A stretch of DNA of 63,995 nucleotides, counting the filler, from Caldilineae bacterium (lineage in GTDB: Bacteria; Chloroflexota; Anaerolineae; DTLA01): NCBI GenBank assembly GCA_037446815.1. It is 3 parts of 3 records of this genome, joined end to end, with 100 filler letters (N's around TTAATTAATTAA, not from the genome) between each part and the next. Parts side by side here need not be neighbours in the genome. Positions count along the whole stretch, not along the records: positions 1 to 27,129 come from JBBIHX010000027.1; 2 more parts are not named here. One strand, given 5' to 3'. Under the pieces are notes generated by a model, which made no database searches, had not been told where the DNA came from, and saw only the letters and a list, made by a program, of their open reading frames with translations. Shown piece by piece: positions 9,445 through 18,663 of this stretch. How positions within the stretch are numbered: position 1 is the stretch's first letter; every line of letters begins with the position of its first letter. Made by a program: the position numbers and the translations under genes.

Positions 9445-9724
9445 CCGTGTCCTCCTCCACTTCGGTTACAACGATAGCCAAGTCGGGGCAGTGCACGTCG
9501 CACCAGTGGCACGCGGTGCACTGCTCCTCGCGGGCCACCACCGGCCTGCCATCCTCGTCCATGTCGTACACGTGCTGCGGGCAGAACGCGATGCAGATGC
9601 CGCATCCCTTGCACCAGTTGTCAAACACGTGCACGCGGCCCCGACGCCGCTTCTTTCGCCCTGCAAGCGCGGGAGCGGCCTCTTCCGCCGCGACCGCCTG
9701 CGGGCCCTCCTGTTCGTCCGACAT
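9416..9724 (-). CDS. korD: 2-oxoacid:ferredoxin oxidoreductase delta subunit (2x[4Fe-4S])
   Basis: CKGCGICIAFCP and CTACHWCDVHCPD. First gene of the kor operon. Confidence 0.88.
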   Translation of the reverse strand: MSDEQEGPQAVAAEEAAPALAGRKKRRRGRVHVFDNWCKGCGICIAFCPQHVYDMDEDGRPVVAREEQCTACHWCDVHCPDLAIVVTEVEEDTDGGTADAGQ

Positions 9725-9772
9725 GACCTTCGTTCCCTCCTGTTGTGCCGCGAAGTACAAACGCCTGGGCCT

Positions 9773-9800
9773 ATTCTACGAGTTTGGGCCAGGGCGTCAA
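9773..9800 (-). promoter_or_regulatory. Putative sigma70 promoter of the kor operon
   Basis: TTGACG-16 nt-TAGAAT on the minus strand, about 50 nt upstream of korD. Confidence 0.55.
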
Positions 9801-9877
9801 GGGCGCCAAGTCGGCAACGGGAATGTCATTCCGAGCGGCGAAGCCGCGAGGAATCTCGGGTCCCATTCGCGCAATCC

Positions 9878-10119
9878 GTGCTATCCGTGGATTAAGGGAG
9901 TGTCATTCTGAGGCGCGAAGCGCCGAAGAATCTCGCCCCTCCCCTCACCCCAGCCCTCTCCCGAAGGGCGAGGGCGTATCGCCTTCGGCTCAGCATGACA
10001 GTCGGGGGGCCAACGTGCGACGCACCTCGGAGGTGCGTCGCACGTTTCCCCATTCGCGTCCATTCGCGTTATTCGCGGTTACAAGAAACTCTGCCGGCGG
10101 CGAAGCCGCGAGGAATCTC
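9878..10119 (+). repeat. 242-bp composite REP direct repeat, copy 1
   Basis: Matches 26847-27088 base for base on manual alignment (offset 16969). Contains nested palindromes, including a 35-bp palindrome at 10012-10046. Confidence 0.92.
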
Positions 10120-10165
10120 GCACCCCTATTCGCGCAATCTGTGCTATCCGCGGATACCACTCGAC

Positions 10166-10194
10166 TTGACCGCCCCAGGAACATCGGATACACT
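10166..10194 (+). promoter_or_regulatory. Putative sigma70 promoter
   Basis: TTGACC-17 nt-TACACT upstream of the GGAGG RBS and ATG at 10222. Confidence 0.6.
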
Positions 10195-10221
10195 GGAGCA
10201 GCCCCACGAGGGAGGAAACCC

Positions 10222-11352
10222 ATGCCTGTGCTCACCCCACGCGAACGCATTCGCACGGCCCTGAATCATGCCACGCCCGACCGCATCCCCGTGGATGTCG
10301 GCGGGAGTTACGCCACCGGCGTCAACGTGGAGGCCTACGCCGCATGGAAGGCCCACCTAGGCCTGGACACGCCCACGGTCATCGCCAGCCGCCGCTCCCA
10401 GATCGCGTGGGTGGAGGATAAGATTCGGCAGCGGTTTGGCATTGACACCTGGCCGGTGCTCCCCCGAGGGCCGCGCACCCCGCCCGAGGAAGTGTACCCC
10501 GACGGCTCGTACCGCGACGAATGGGGCGTCGTCCGCAGTCGCCCGCCGGACGGGGGACACTACTACGTCAGCCACGAGCCTCTCGCTGCCGAGTGCTCCC
10601 TGGAGACCATTATCCATTACCCGTGGCCCAACCCCGACGACCCAGGCTACGTGGAGGGGTTGCGAGAAGAGGCACAGAGAGGACACGACGCCCACTACGC
10701 CGTGGTATTATGTCTACCTGTGGGCATGTTGCACCAGGCGACTTTCCTGCGAGGCATGGAGAATCTGTTCGTGGACATGCTGCGCCACCGTCGCCTGGCC
10801 GAGGCCCTTCTGGACGCCGTGCTGGATGTCCAGTACGCTGTAACCGAACGGATGCTGGACGCGGCTGGCGACCTCGCCGACGTGGTCATGTTCGCCGACG
10901 ACCTGGGCACCCACGACCGCCCCATGCTCTCGCCCGCGCTGTACCGCAGCCTCATCAAGCCCAGACAGCGGCGCTACCTGGACATGATTCACGCCAAGAC
11001 CAACGCCAAGGTCGTGTACCACACGTGCGGAGCCATCTACCCGCTCATCGGCGACCTCATAGACATCGGCGTGGACGTGCTCAACCCCGTGCAAGTCTCG
11101 GCGGCGGGAATGGACCCGGCCCGCCTCAAGCGCGAATTCGGGCGCGACCTCTGCTTCTGGGGCGGCATAGACGTCGCCCATGTATTGCCACGCGCGAAGC
11201 CCGCCGAGTTGCGCGAAACCGTGATTCGCATGATTCATACCCTCGGCCCCGACGGCTACGTGCTCAGCGCCACCAACAACATCCAGGCCGACACCCCTCC
11301 GGAGAACCTGTGCGCGATGCTGGAAGCCGCCCCGGGCCACGCGCTCCTGTAG
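10222..11352 (+). CDS. Uroporphyrinogen decarboxylase / MtaA-CmuA methyltransferase superfamily protein
   Basis: RERIRTALNH..PDRIPVD, DEWGV, DDLGT, YHTCG, LNPVQ, FWGGID. True start at 10222; the longer ORF runs through REP DNA. Confidence 0.85.
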   Translation: MPVLTPRERIRTALNHATPDRIPVDVGGSYATGVNVEAYAAWKAHLGLDTPTVIASRRSQIAWVEDKIRQRFGIDTWPVLPRGPRTPPEEVYPDGSYRDEWGVVRSRPPDGGHYYVSHEPLAAECSLETIIHYPWPNPDDPGYVEGLREEAQRGHDAHYAVVLCLPVGMLHQATFLRGMENLFVDMLRHRRLAEALLDAVLDVQYAVTERMLDAAGDLADVVMFADDLGTHDRPMLSPALYRSLIKPRQRRYLDMIHAKTNAKVVYHTCGAIYPLIGDLIDIGVDVLNPVQVSAAGMDPARLKREFGRDLCFWGGIDVAHVLPRAKPAELRETVIRMIHTLGPDGYVLSATNNIQADTPPENLCAMLEAAPGHALL

Positions 11353-11364
11353 CCGTCATCTGCC

Positions 11365-11802
11365 TCAGCGGGGAAGCGCGTACAGCCGGAAGGCGATGTG
11401 TCCCCAGCCCCCGCAGGCCACGCCCACATCCACGCACCCCACGTGCCGAAACAGATACGGGTCGGGCGATAACCCCGCGATGATGCGCTCCTGGAACACC
11501 GCCACCGCCGACGCCAACGCGGGAATCGCCTGCACGCAGATGCGCGAAGGCCCCCGATCCGCCTCCAACACGCCGTGGGGCGAGAAGTACAGTTTGTCGC
11601 CCACCCTATGCCCCGCCGCGCACCCGTGCGACTCCACCACCTCCGCCACGATGACCCAGCGGTCCAGGCGCTGCGCGTTTTCCACCACATAGACATTGTT
11701 GGGTTGCGAGCGGAACGCTTCCAATTCCTCGGGCGTGTACCCCAGGGACTGGCGGAACGCTTCCCAGTCAACCGTCTCGCGGGGCCTTTCCTCGTCTGCC
11801 AT
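11365..11802 (-). CDS. Small Cys-rich protein, TIGR04076-like
   Basis: EVVESHGCAAGHRVGD, ICVQA, GCVDVGVACGGWG. Last gene of the minus-strand operon. Confidence 0.6.
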   Translation of the reverse strand: MADEERPRETVDWEAFRQSLGYTPEELEAFRSQPNNVYVVENAQRLDRWVIVAEVVESHGCAAGHRVGDKLYFSPHGVLEADRGPSRICVQAIPALASAVAVFQERIIAGLSPDPYLFRHVGCVDVGVACGGWGHIAFRLYALPR

Positions 11803-11819
11803 CGCGACCTCCTCTCCGC

Positions 11820-12578
11820 CTAGGCGGTCAAGCGCCAGCCGCCGTCCATGACAAACGTATGCCCGGTTACGGTCTGCATCGCGGGCGACGTGCAGATGAG
11901 CGCCATCATCTCGGCCACCTCCGGCCGCGTTACCAAGCGCTTAAGCGGCGCGGCCTGCGTCGCTCGGGCCGAGAAGCCGGGCTCAAAGGCATCCATCATC
12001 GCGGCGCTCTCGTAGATTTGGCCGGGCGCGATGGCGTTGACCGTGATCTCCGGCCCCAGTTCTACGGCCAGTTCCTCCGTCAGCGTGATGACCGACGACT
12101 TGGCCAGCGTGTAGATGCTGTGCGTGCGGATGAAGGCCGACCCCGCCGCCATCAGGATAATGCGCCCCCAGCCCCGTTGCTTCATCGTCGGCGCCACCTC
12201 TTTCGCAAGCAGGTAGGCCGCCTTCACGTTCACCCCCAGAATCGTGTCCCACTCCCTCTCCTCCATCTGGGTGAACGGCGTCATGGCAAACGGGCCGGCG
12301 CAGTGAATCAGCACGTCCACGGGGCCAAACGCCTGCACCGCTTCAGCCACGAGGGTGCGAACTTGCGCGCTCTGGCTCACATCGGCTTCCACCACAATCA
12401 CGCGGCGGCCTTGGCCTTGCAAGTCGCGACGCAATTGCTCGGCCTTCTCCGCATCCTGAAAGTGGTTGATGGTCAGATTCGCCCCCAGGGCCGCGAATCG
12501 CCGAGCCACGGCCTCGCCCAAATGCCGCGACCCTCCGGTGATCAGCACGTGTTTGTTTTCCAAAGAGATCGTGTCCAT
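11820..12578 (-). CDS. Short-chain dehydrogenase/reductase
   Basis: TGGSRHLG, YxxxK (YTLAK), VNAIAPG, TGHTFVMDGG. Confidence 0.9.
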   Translation of the reverse strand: MDTISLENKHVLITGGSRHLGEAVARRFAALGANLTINHFQDAEKAEQLRRDLQGQGRRVIVVEADVSQSAQVRTLVAEAVQAFGPVDVLIHCAGPFAMTPFTQMEEREWDTILGVNVKAAYLLAKEVAPTMKQRGWGRIILMAAGSAFIRTHSIYTLAKSSVITLTEELAVELGPEITVNAIAPGQIYESAAMMDAFEPGFSARATQAAPLKRLVTRPEVAEMMALICTSPAMQTVTGHTFVMDGGWRLTA

Positions 12579-12589
12579 CTCCCTCCCTC

Positions 12590-13531
12590 CTATTCAAAAC
12601 ACGCAACGACATGGCCGTTGCCCAAGTCCCGCAGCGGCGGCTGCCCCTCCCGGCACGAAGCCTTCCGCGCCCAGCATCGGTCGTAGAATCCGCACCCAGG
12701 CGGCAGGTTGAACAGGCTCGGCGGCTCCCCGTCCAGAATGATGCGTTGCCGCTTCAGCAGCGGGTCGGGAATCGGAATCGCCGAAAGCAGCGCCTTCGTG
12801 TACGGGTGCGCAGGATGGTCAAAGATCTCGTCCGCGGGCCCTGCCTCCACCACACGCCCCAGGTACATGACGAAGACGCGTTCGCACAGGAAGCGCACGG
12901 CACTCAAGTCATGCGAGATGAACAGATAGGCCATGTTCATCTCTCGTTGCAGCCGCTGGAGCAGCCCGAGAATCTGGATGCGGATGGACATGTCCAGCGA
13001 CGATGTCGGCTCATCCAGCGCCACAAAGCGCGGGTTGGTGATAATGGCGCGCGCGATGCCCACGCGCTGCTTCTGCCCGCCGCTCAACTGATGCGGGTAC
13101 CGCTCCAGCAGGCGCGGCTCCAAATTGACGCGCAGCATGGCCTCACGCAGCAGTTCCTCCATCTCGCGCCTGCTTCGCGCCAGGCCGTGCAAGTGGAGCG
13201 GCTCGGCCAGCGTCCGCCGCACCGTAAAGCGTGGGTTCAGCGACGTGTTGGGGTCTTGGAACACCATCTGGAAGTGCCGACGTTGGCGGCGCAATCGCCG
13301 CGCGCTCCACCGAGTGATGTCTGCGCCCTGGAACAGCACCCGCCCCTCCGTCGGCTCCAGCAGGCGCAGGACGCAGCGAGCGGTTGTCGTCTTGCCGCAC
13401 CCGCTCTCGCCGACAAGGCCGACCGCCTCCCCTGGGTGCACGTCCAGGCTCACGCCGTTCACGGCCCAGATTACAGCGCCCCCCTCGCGGAACGCCTTGC
13501 GCAGATTGTCAACCCTAATGACCGGTTCCAT
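12590..13531 (-). CDS. Opp/Dpp-type ABC transporter ATP-binding subunit (OppF-like)
   Basis: GESGCGKTT, LSGGQKQR, LDEPT, C-terminal HPYT and Cys motif. Confidence 0.93.
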   Translation of the reverse strand: MEPVIRVDNLRKAFREGGAVIWAVNGVSLDVHPGEAVGLVGESGCGKTTTARCVLRLLEPTEGRVLFQGADITRWSARRLRRQRRHFQMVFQDPNTSLNPRFTVRRTLAEPLHLHGLARSRREMEELLREAMLRVNLEPRLLERYPHQLSGGQKQRVGIARAIITNPRFVALDEPTSSLDMSIRIQILGLLQRLQREMNMAYLFISHDLSAVRFLCERVFVMYLGRVVEAGPADEIFDHPAHPYTKALLSAIPIPDPLLKRQRIILDGEPPSLFNLPPGCGFYDRCWARKASCREGQPPLRDLGNGHVVACFE

Positions 13532-14507
13532 GGACCCCTCGCCAATTATGACAGGCTACTTGATGGTCGTTCTCAACGACTTCGGCTTGCGGCTTCTGCT
13601 CCCAGCACACCGGCAACGCCACGGGGCAACGCGGCGCGAATCGGCACCCGACGATGCCGTAGGTAACCTCTTCTTTCATCACGCTGGCCGCGCCCGGCGG
13701 CTCCACGCGGCGGTCCACCCGAAGCACCGACCCCATCAGCATGCGCGTGTACGGATGCAGCGGCCTTGCGAACAGCGACGCCACCGACGCGCTCTCCATA
13801 ATCTGGCCCGCGTACATGACGACAACGCGCTGGCACGTCTCGGCCACCACGCCGAGATCGTGGGTAATCAGCAGGATAGACGCGCCCGTCTCCCGCTGAA
13901 CCTCCCGAATCATCTCAAAAATCTGGGCTTGAATCGTTACGTCAAGCCCTGTGGTCGGCTCGTCGGCGATGAGCAGCGACGGACGGCAGGCCAGCATCAT
14001 GGCCACCAGCACGCGCTGGCACATGCCGCCGCTCAACTGGTGCGGGTACGCGCGGGCACGCTTCTCCGCGTCGGCGATGCCCACCTGCCTGAGGAGTTGC
14101 ACCGCCTCCGCGTAGGCCTCCTTGCGCCCCACTCCCTTCTGAATCCGTATGGCGCGCGCGACCTGGTCTCCTGCCCGCATCATGGGGTTGAGCGCGCTGC
14201 GCGTGCTCTGGAAAATCATGGCGACCTTCCGCCCCCGGACCTTGCTCATCTCCTCCGGCGACAGCGCCAACAGATTCTGCCCATTCAGCCAAATCTCGCC
14301 GCCGTCCACCCGCGCCGAGGGCGGCAGGAACCCCATCGTCGTGAGCGAACTCAAGGTCTTGCCCGAGCCGCTCTCTCCCACAAGTCCCACGAAGGCCCCC
14401 CGCCCAACGCTGAACGAGACCCTGTCCAGCACGCGCACGCGCTGATCGTAGCGCGGGAAACTGACGCTCAGCGAGCGAATATCCAGAAGCGGCGTATCCT
14501 GCGTCAT
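13515..14507 (-). CDS. Opp/Dpp-type ABC transporter ATP-binding subunit (OppD-like)
   Basis: [35 protein letters not shown]. Confidence 0.93.
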   Translation of the reverse strand: MTQDTPLLDIRSLSVSFPRYDQRVRVLDRVSFSVGRGAFVGLVGESGSGKTLSSLTTMGFLPPSARVDGGEIWLNGQNLLALSPEEMSKVRGRKVAMIFQSTRSALNPMMRAGDQVARAIRIQKGVGRKEAYAEAVQLLRQVGIADAEKRARAYPHQLSGGMCQRVLVAMMLACRPSLLIADEPTTGLDVTIQAQIFEMIREVQRETGASILLITHDLGVVAETCQRVVVMYAGQIMESASVASLFARPLHPYTRMLMGSVLRVDRRVEPPGAASVMKEEVTYGIVGCRFAPRCPVALPVCWEQKPQAEVVENDHQVACHNWRGVHGTGH

Positions 14508-15400
14508 TGCACCGCCTCCGTCGGGGATGTTACATCTCGCAGGCTATCGCCGATGAGGTTGAACGCAAACGCCGTGAGCACGATCACCGCGCCCGGGAAG
14601 AACGATGTCCACCACTGGCCGGAGATGATGTCCCTGGACCCCTCGCTCACCAGGACGCCCCACTCCGGCGTCGGCGGGCGAATGCCCAACCCCAGGAACG
14701 CCAGCCCCGACGCGTCCAGGATGGCCCAGCCTAGGCACAGCGTCGCCTGCACGAGCGCCGGCGTAAGGCAATTGGGCAACAGGTGCAAGTAGATGATGCG
14801 CCAGTTGGAGTTGCCCACGCAGCGGGCCGCCTCGGCGTAGTCGCGCTCCTTGGCGCTCAGCACCTCGCCGCGCGTCAGACGCACGAAGTACGGGATATAC
14901 GCCACCGCGATGGCGATGATCACGTTCGGGATGCTGTTGCCCAGGATGGCCGTGATAGCCAGCGCGAGGATGAACGACGGAAACGCCAGGATCACGTCGG
15001 TAATGCGCATGATGATGTCATCCGCCTTGCCGCCGTAGTAGCCGCTGAACATGCCGACCAATACACCTATCCCCAGGGCAATGGCCACGACGGAAAAGGC
15101 GATGAACAGGTCCAGCCGTGCGCCGTGGACCACGCGCGACAAGATGTCCCGCCCGAACGCGTCGGTGCCCATGGGGTGCATCGCCGATGGCGGCAACAGG
15201 CGGTTCTCCGGATCGGTCTTCAGCGGCTTGTACGGCACCAGCGACGGCCCCGCGATGGTTACGAACAGGACGATGGCCAGCACCACAAGCCCCGCGATCA
15301 TGGACGGATGCGAGCGGAGGACGTACCACGTGCGCCATGCGCGGCTGTCGCGCACGCCCCCCCGTTCGCCTTTGGGTTTCACAACGGCTTCGCTTACCAA
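14504..15400 (-). CDS. Opp/Dpp-type ABC permease (OppC-like)
   Basis: HPMGTDAFGRDILSR, EAA loop, FLGLGIRPPTPEWG. Confidence 0.93.
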   Translation of the reverse strand: MVSEAVVKPKGERGGVRDSRAWRTWYVLRSHPSMIAGLVVLAIVLFVTIAGPSLVPYKPLKTDPENRLLPPSAMHPMGTDAFGRDILSRVVHGARLDLFIAFSVVAIALGIGVLVGMFSGYYGGKADDIIMRITDVILAFPSFILALAITAILGNSIPNVIIAIAVAYIPYFVRLTRGEVLSAKERDYAEAARCVGNSNWRIIYLHLLPNCLTPALVQATLCLGWAILDASGLAFLGLGIRPPTPEWGVLVSEGSRDIISGQWWTSFFPGAVIVLTAFAFNLIGDSLRDVTSPTEAVQ

Positions 15401-15420
15401 CCTTCCGCTCCCGATATAGG

Positions 15421-16440
15421 CTACCCCAAACGAATCCTGGGGTCTATCACGCTGTACAAGAGGTCAATGGCCAGGTTCAGGAACACGTACATGGCCGCAA
15501 TCAAGAGGACAAACCCCTGTATCGCCTCAAAGTCCTTGTTGAGCAGGGCCATCCACGCATAGGAACCGATGCCCGGCCAGGCGAAGATCATCTCCACCAG
15601 CACGTTCCCCGCCATCAGGTAGCCAAACACGATGCCGATGGTCGTCAAGATGGGGATCATGGCGTTGCGGAGCGCATCGCGCCACAGGATTTCACGCATG
15701 GGCACGCCGATGGTCTTGGCCGTGCGGATGTAGTCGGCGTTCAGTTGGTCCAGCATCCCCGCGCGCACGATCTTGGTAATCGGCGCGCTCACCACGAACG
15801 CCAGGGTGAACGCCGGCAACGCCAGATGATGCAGCGAGTCCTTCAGCGCGACGGTGTTGCCCGTGAGGGCGCTGTCCACGATAAACATGCCCGTGATGCG
15901 GGCAGGCGCCTCTATCCCCACGGTGAGGCGCCCCAGCGGCGAAGCAGCCCAGCCCAGCCGATAGTAGAACACGAAGATGAACACAAGCGCGAGCCAGAAC
16001 AACGCAGTGGAAGCGCCGAAGATGGTGAAAATGCGCACCACATGGTCAAACCACGAGTTGTGAAACAATGCGGCCAGGATGCCCAAGATGACGCCCGCGA
16101 AGATGGCGATCAACGTCGCCGCCAGGGCCAGTTCCAGCGTCGCGGGCAGGCGCTGCCATAGGTCTTTCTGAACCGGCTGGCCGGTGCGCCAACTCTTCCC
16201 CATGTCGCCGCGCGCCAGTTTCGCCACGTAGTCCACGAACTGCACCGGCAGGGGCTTGTCTAGCCCCATTTCCTTCTCAATCTGCGCCAGCAACTCCGGC
16301 TTGGCGTATGGCCCCACGCGAACCGCCGCGGGGTTCCCCGGCAGAATGCGCGTGATGATGAACACCACAATCACAACGCCGCACAGGGTAACAAACGCCA
16401 GCGCGAGCCTGCGCAGCACGTAACGTCTCAACGATCCCAA
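15421..16440 (-). CDS. Opp/Dpp-type ABC permease (OppB-like)
   Basis: YVLRRL, LPATLEL, EMIFAWPGIG, DPRIR. TTG start at 16440 inferred. Confidence 0.9.
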   Translation of the reverse strand: MGSLRRYVLRRLALAFVTLCGVVIVVFIITRILPGNPAAVRVGPYAKPELLAQIEKEMGLDKPLPVQFVDYVAKLARGDMGKSWRTGQPVQKDLWQRLPATLELALAATLIAIFAGVILGILAALFHNSWFDHVVRIFTIFGASTALFWLALVFIFVFYYRLGWAASPLGRLTVGIEAPARITGMFIVDSALTGNTVALKDSLHHLALPAFTLAFVVSAPITKIVRAGMLDQLNADYIRTAKTIGVPMREILWRDALRNAMIPILTTIGIVFGYLMAGNVLVEMIFAWPGIGSYAWMALLNKDFEAIQGFVLLIAAMYVFLNLAIDLLYSVIDPRIRLG

Positions 16441-16470
16441 GTCCTCTTCCGCTCCCCTCGTGTAGGCTTT

Positions 16471-16509
16471 GCGTCGGCCCCCAGACGCATCGCATCCGGA
16501 GGCCGACGC
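16471..16509 (-). terminator. Stem-loop between the SBP gene and the permease
   Basis: GCGTCGGCC...GGCCGACGC inverted repeat. No U-tract, so more likely an mRNA stabiliser or partial terminator. Confidence 0.45.
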
Positions 16510-16540
16510 CTTTACAGAATCCCCGGCACGGTAACGGGCG

Positions 16541-18229
16541 CTACTTCTTGCCCATGTACGCGAAACGCAGGCACAGGTCATCCAGTTTCGCGAACCCGTA
16601 GAAGTTCTTGTTCATCGCCACGATCCAGTCGGGCTGATGCAGGTACGCCCACGGGGCCTCGCTCACGATGATCTGCTGCGCCTCATCCAACATCTTCTTG
16701 CGCGCCTCCTGGTCCACCGTCCACGTCGCCTGGGCGATCAGTTCGTCCACGCGCGGGTTGCAGTAGTCCGCGAAGTTCGTGAACGCGCCGCACTTCAGCA
16801 GGAACGTCAACTGGTAAGCGGGGTCGTTGCCCCACGAGTACCAGTCGTGGATGAAGAACGGCAGTTGATGCTGGTACAGTTTGTCAAAGAAGTCGGCGTC
16901 CGTCAAACGGTTCACCGTAACTTCCACGCCCGCCTCGGCCAGACTCGCCTGGATCCACACCGCCGCGTCCACATCCCACGGGATGGACTGGCGCACGGAC
17001 AGTTCCAACTTCAGGTTGGAGACGCCCGCCTCCTTCAGCAACTGGGCGGTCTTCGCCGTATCGGTCTCGTAGTTCCAGAACGACGGGTTGTGCAGCGGCA
17101 TCCCCTTGGGAATGGGCGAGTATGCCCGCTGGCCGTAGCCGTACAGCACCTTGTCCAGAATCGTCTGGTATGGGATGCCGTAGGAAATCGCCTGCCGCAC
17201 CTTGACATTGTCAAACGGCGGAATCTTGTTGTTCATGCCCAGGTAGAACAGGCGGGTGTAGTGGATGGCCTTGACCTTCACGTTCGGGTCCGCCTTGAGC
17301 GCGTCTACATCCTTGAACGGCAGGCCCAGCGCCAGGTCAATGTCGCCCTTCTTCAGCAGCAATTCGCGGTCTTCGGGCGAGGGCACCACTTTGGCGATGA
17401 CCTTGGAGTTCTGGAAGAAGTCGGGGCCTTGCCAGTAGTTGGGGTTCGGCTCAAAGACGTACTCCACGCCAGGCTCCCACTTGGTGAGGATGTACGGGCC
17501 GCTGGGATTGGCGTTCTTGCGGTACCAGTCATGGGCCCAGGGATCCTCGGCTGTGGCGTGGGCCTTGGTCGTCGCCGGATCCATCGCGCCGAACACTTGG
17601 AACGCCAACTGCGGGATGAGCAGCGCGCCCTGCTGCTGCAGATTGATGCGCAGCGTGTACTTGTCCACGACAACCACATCCTCTGCCTTGGAGAAGCCCA
17701 TGAACTGGGTCAGCAGCGGGATGTAACTGCGCGGAGACGTCAGCGCGCGGTCAAAGGTGTGCTTGAACGACTCGGCGGTGATCTCGGTGCCGTCCGCGAA
17801 CTTGGCGCCCTGGCGAATCTTCAGCGTGATGGACTTGCCATCGGGAGCCACGGCAAAGGACTCGGCCAGGCCCGGCACGTACTCCAGTTGCCCCTCCAGC
17901 ACCGTGCCATCGGCGTCGGGCACCAGTTTCTGCTGGAGCATCGGCTCGTACAGGTTGGCCGTCGCGTAGTAGCCCGCGTCGCTTCGGAACTCCATCAGTT
18001 CAATGTGGTCAATGTCGCTGTCCAGCGCCAGGACGATCACGGGCTTGGTCGGAACCGGCGTCGGCGTGGGCGGCGGTGGCGTCGTCGGCTCAGGCGTCGC
18101 CGTGGGCTTGGCCTGATACGGCGGCGGCGCGGTGGGCGTGGCCTTCTTGGCGCAGGCCGCCAGCCCCGCAACCGCAACACCCACCACGACAATCAACACC
18201 AGAATCTTGAACAAACGATCGGTACGCAT
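16541..18229 (-). CDS. ABC substrate-binding lipoprotein (family 5, OppA/DppA-like)
   Basis: Lipobox LAAC, Pro/Thr linker, PGLAES, SGPY..W, PFDNVKVRQAI. Confidence 0.92.
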   Translation of the reverse strand: MRTDRLFKILVLIVVVGVAVAGLAACAKKATPTAPPPYQAKPTATPEPTTPPPPTPTPVPTKPVIVLALDSDIDHIELMEFRSDAGYYATANLYEPMLQQKLVPDADGTVLEGQLEYVPGLAESFAVAPDGKSITLKIRQGAKFADGTEITAESFKHTFDRALTSPRSYIPLLTQFMGFSKAEDVVVVDKYTLRINLQQQGALLIPQLAFQVFGAMDPATTKAHATAEDPWAHDWYRKNANPSGPYILTKWEPGVEYVFEPNPNYWQGPDFFQNSKVIAKVVPSPEDRELLLKKGDIDLALGLPFKDVDALKADPNVKVKAIHYTRLFYLGMNNKIPPFDNVKVRQAISYGIPYQTILDKVLYGYGQRAYSPIPKGMPLHNPSFWNYETDTAKTAQLLKEAGVSNLKLELSVRQSIPWDVDAAVWIQASLAEAGVEVTVNRLTDADFFDKLYQHQLPFFIHDWYSWGNDPAYQLTFLLKCGAFTNFADYCNPRVDELIAQATWTVDQEARKKMLDEAQQIIVSEAPWAYLHQPDWIVAMNKNFYGFAKLDDLCLRFAYMGKK

Positions 18230-18354
18230 GGAACCTCCTCCTTGCTCCTGACTGAAAATCGGGAAACGCCTAGGACCAGATTCCTCAAATGCTGTTCTTC
18301 TGCCTCACCCCCTTTCTTCCACACTACCCAGAGGGTACTTGTCTGCCATTACGT

Positions 18355-18630
18355 TCACCCCCCGAATGCCTTCACCATGAAGGTTACCGTATCCCCATCG
18401 GCCAGGGGCGTGTCCCACCCCTGCTCCAACCGCTGGACAGGAGCGCCGTTCACCAGCGCCAGTACCATGTCCTGTTGCAGGCTGGCGAGGGGAGCGCCCG
18501 CGTCCGCCTGCCGTTGCAGGTCGGCCCACAACCGCCCCAGCGTCGTCCCTGTCGCGCATGTGATGCGCTCCTCTTCCACCCGGCTGCTGTTGGACTGCCG
18601 CAGCCCGAAGAGCCTCAACCGTATCTCCAT
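18355..18630 (-). CDS. moaD: MoaD/ThiS-family sulfur carrier
   Basis: 91 aa ubiquitin-like fold, LVNG, DGDTV, C-terminal GG. Adjacent to the AOR gene. Confidence 0.85.
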   Translation of the reverse strand: MEIRLRLFGLRQSNSSRVEEERITCATGTTLGRLWADLQRQADAGAPLASLQQDMVLALVNGAPVQRLEQGWDTPLADGDTVTFMVKAFGG

Positions 18631-18663
18631 GGCCGCCCTGTCATCTGCTCGCTCCCCGTTATG

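Noticed and set aside
9820..10160. Possible CRISPR array from recurring palindromes
   Set aside because: No regularly spaced identical repeats with unique spacers and no cas genes. The pattern is a REP mosaic.
9745..10221. 159-aa N-terminal extension of the UroD-like ORF, and the similar ORF at 26747-27181
   Set aside because: These are translations of REP DNA. A promoter and RBS support the start at 10222.
10222..11352. hemE (true uroporphyrinogen decarboxylase)
   Set aside because: It lacks the MRQAGR motif and has the HxCG metal-binding motif of the MtaA/CmuA-like branch. The same holds for 24361-25509.
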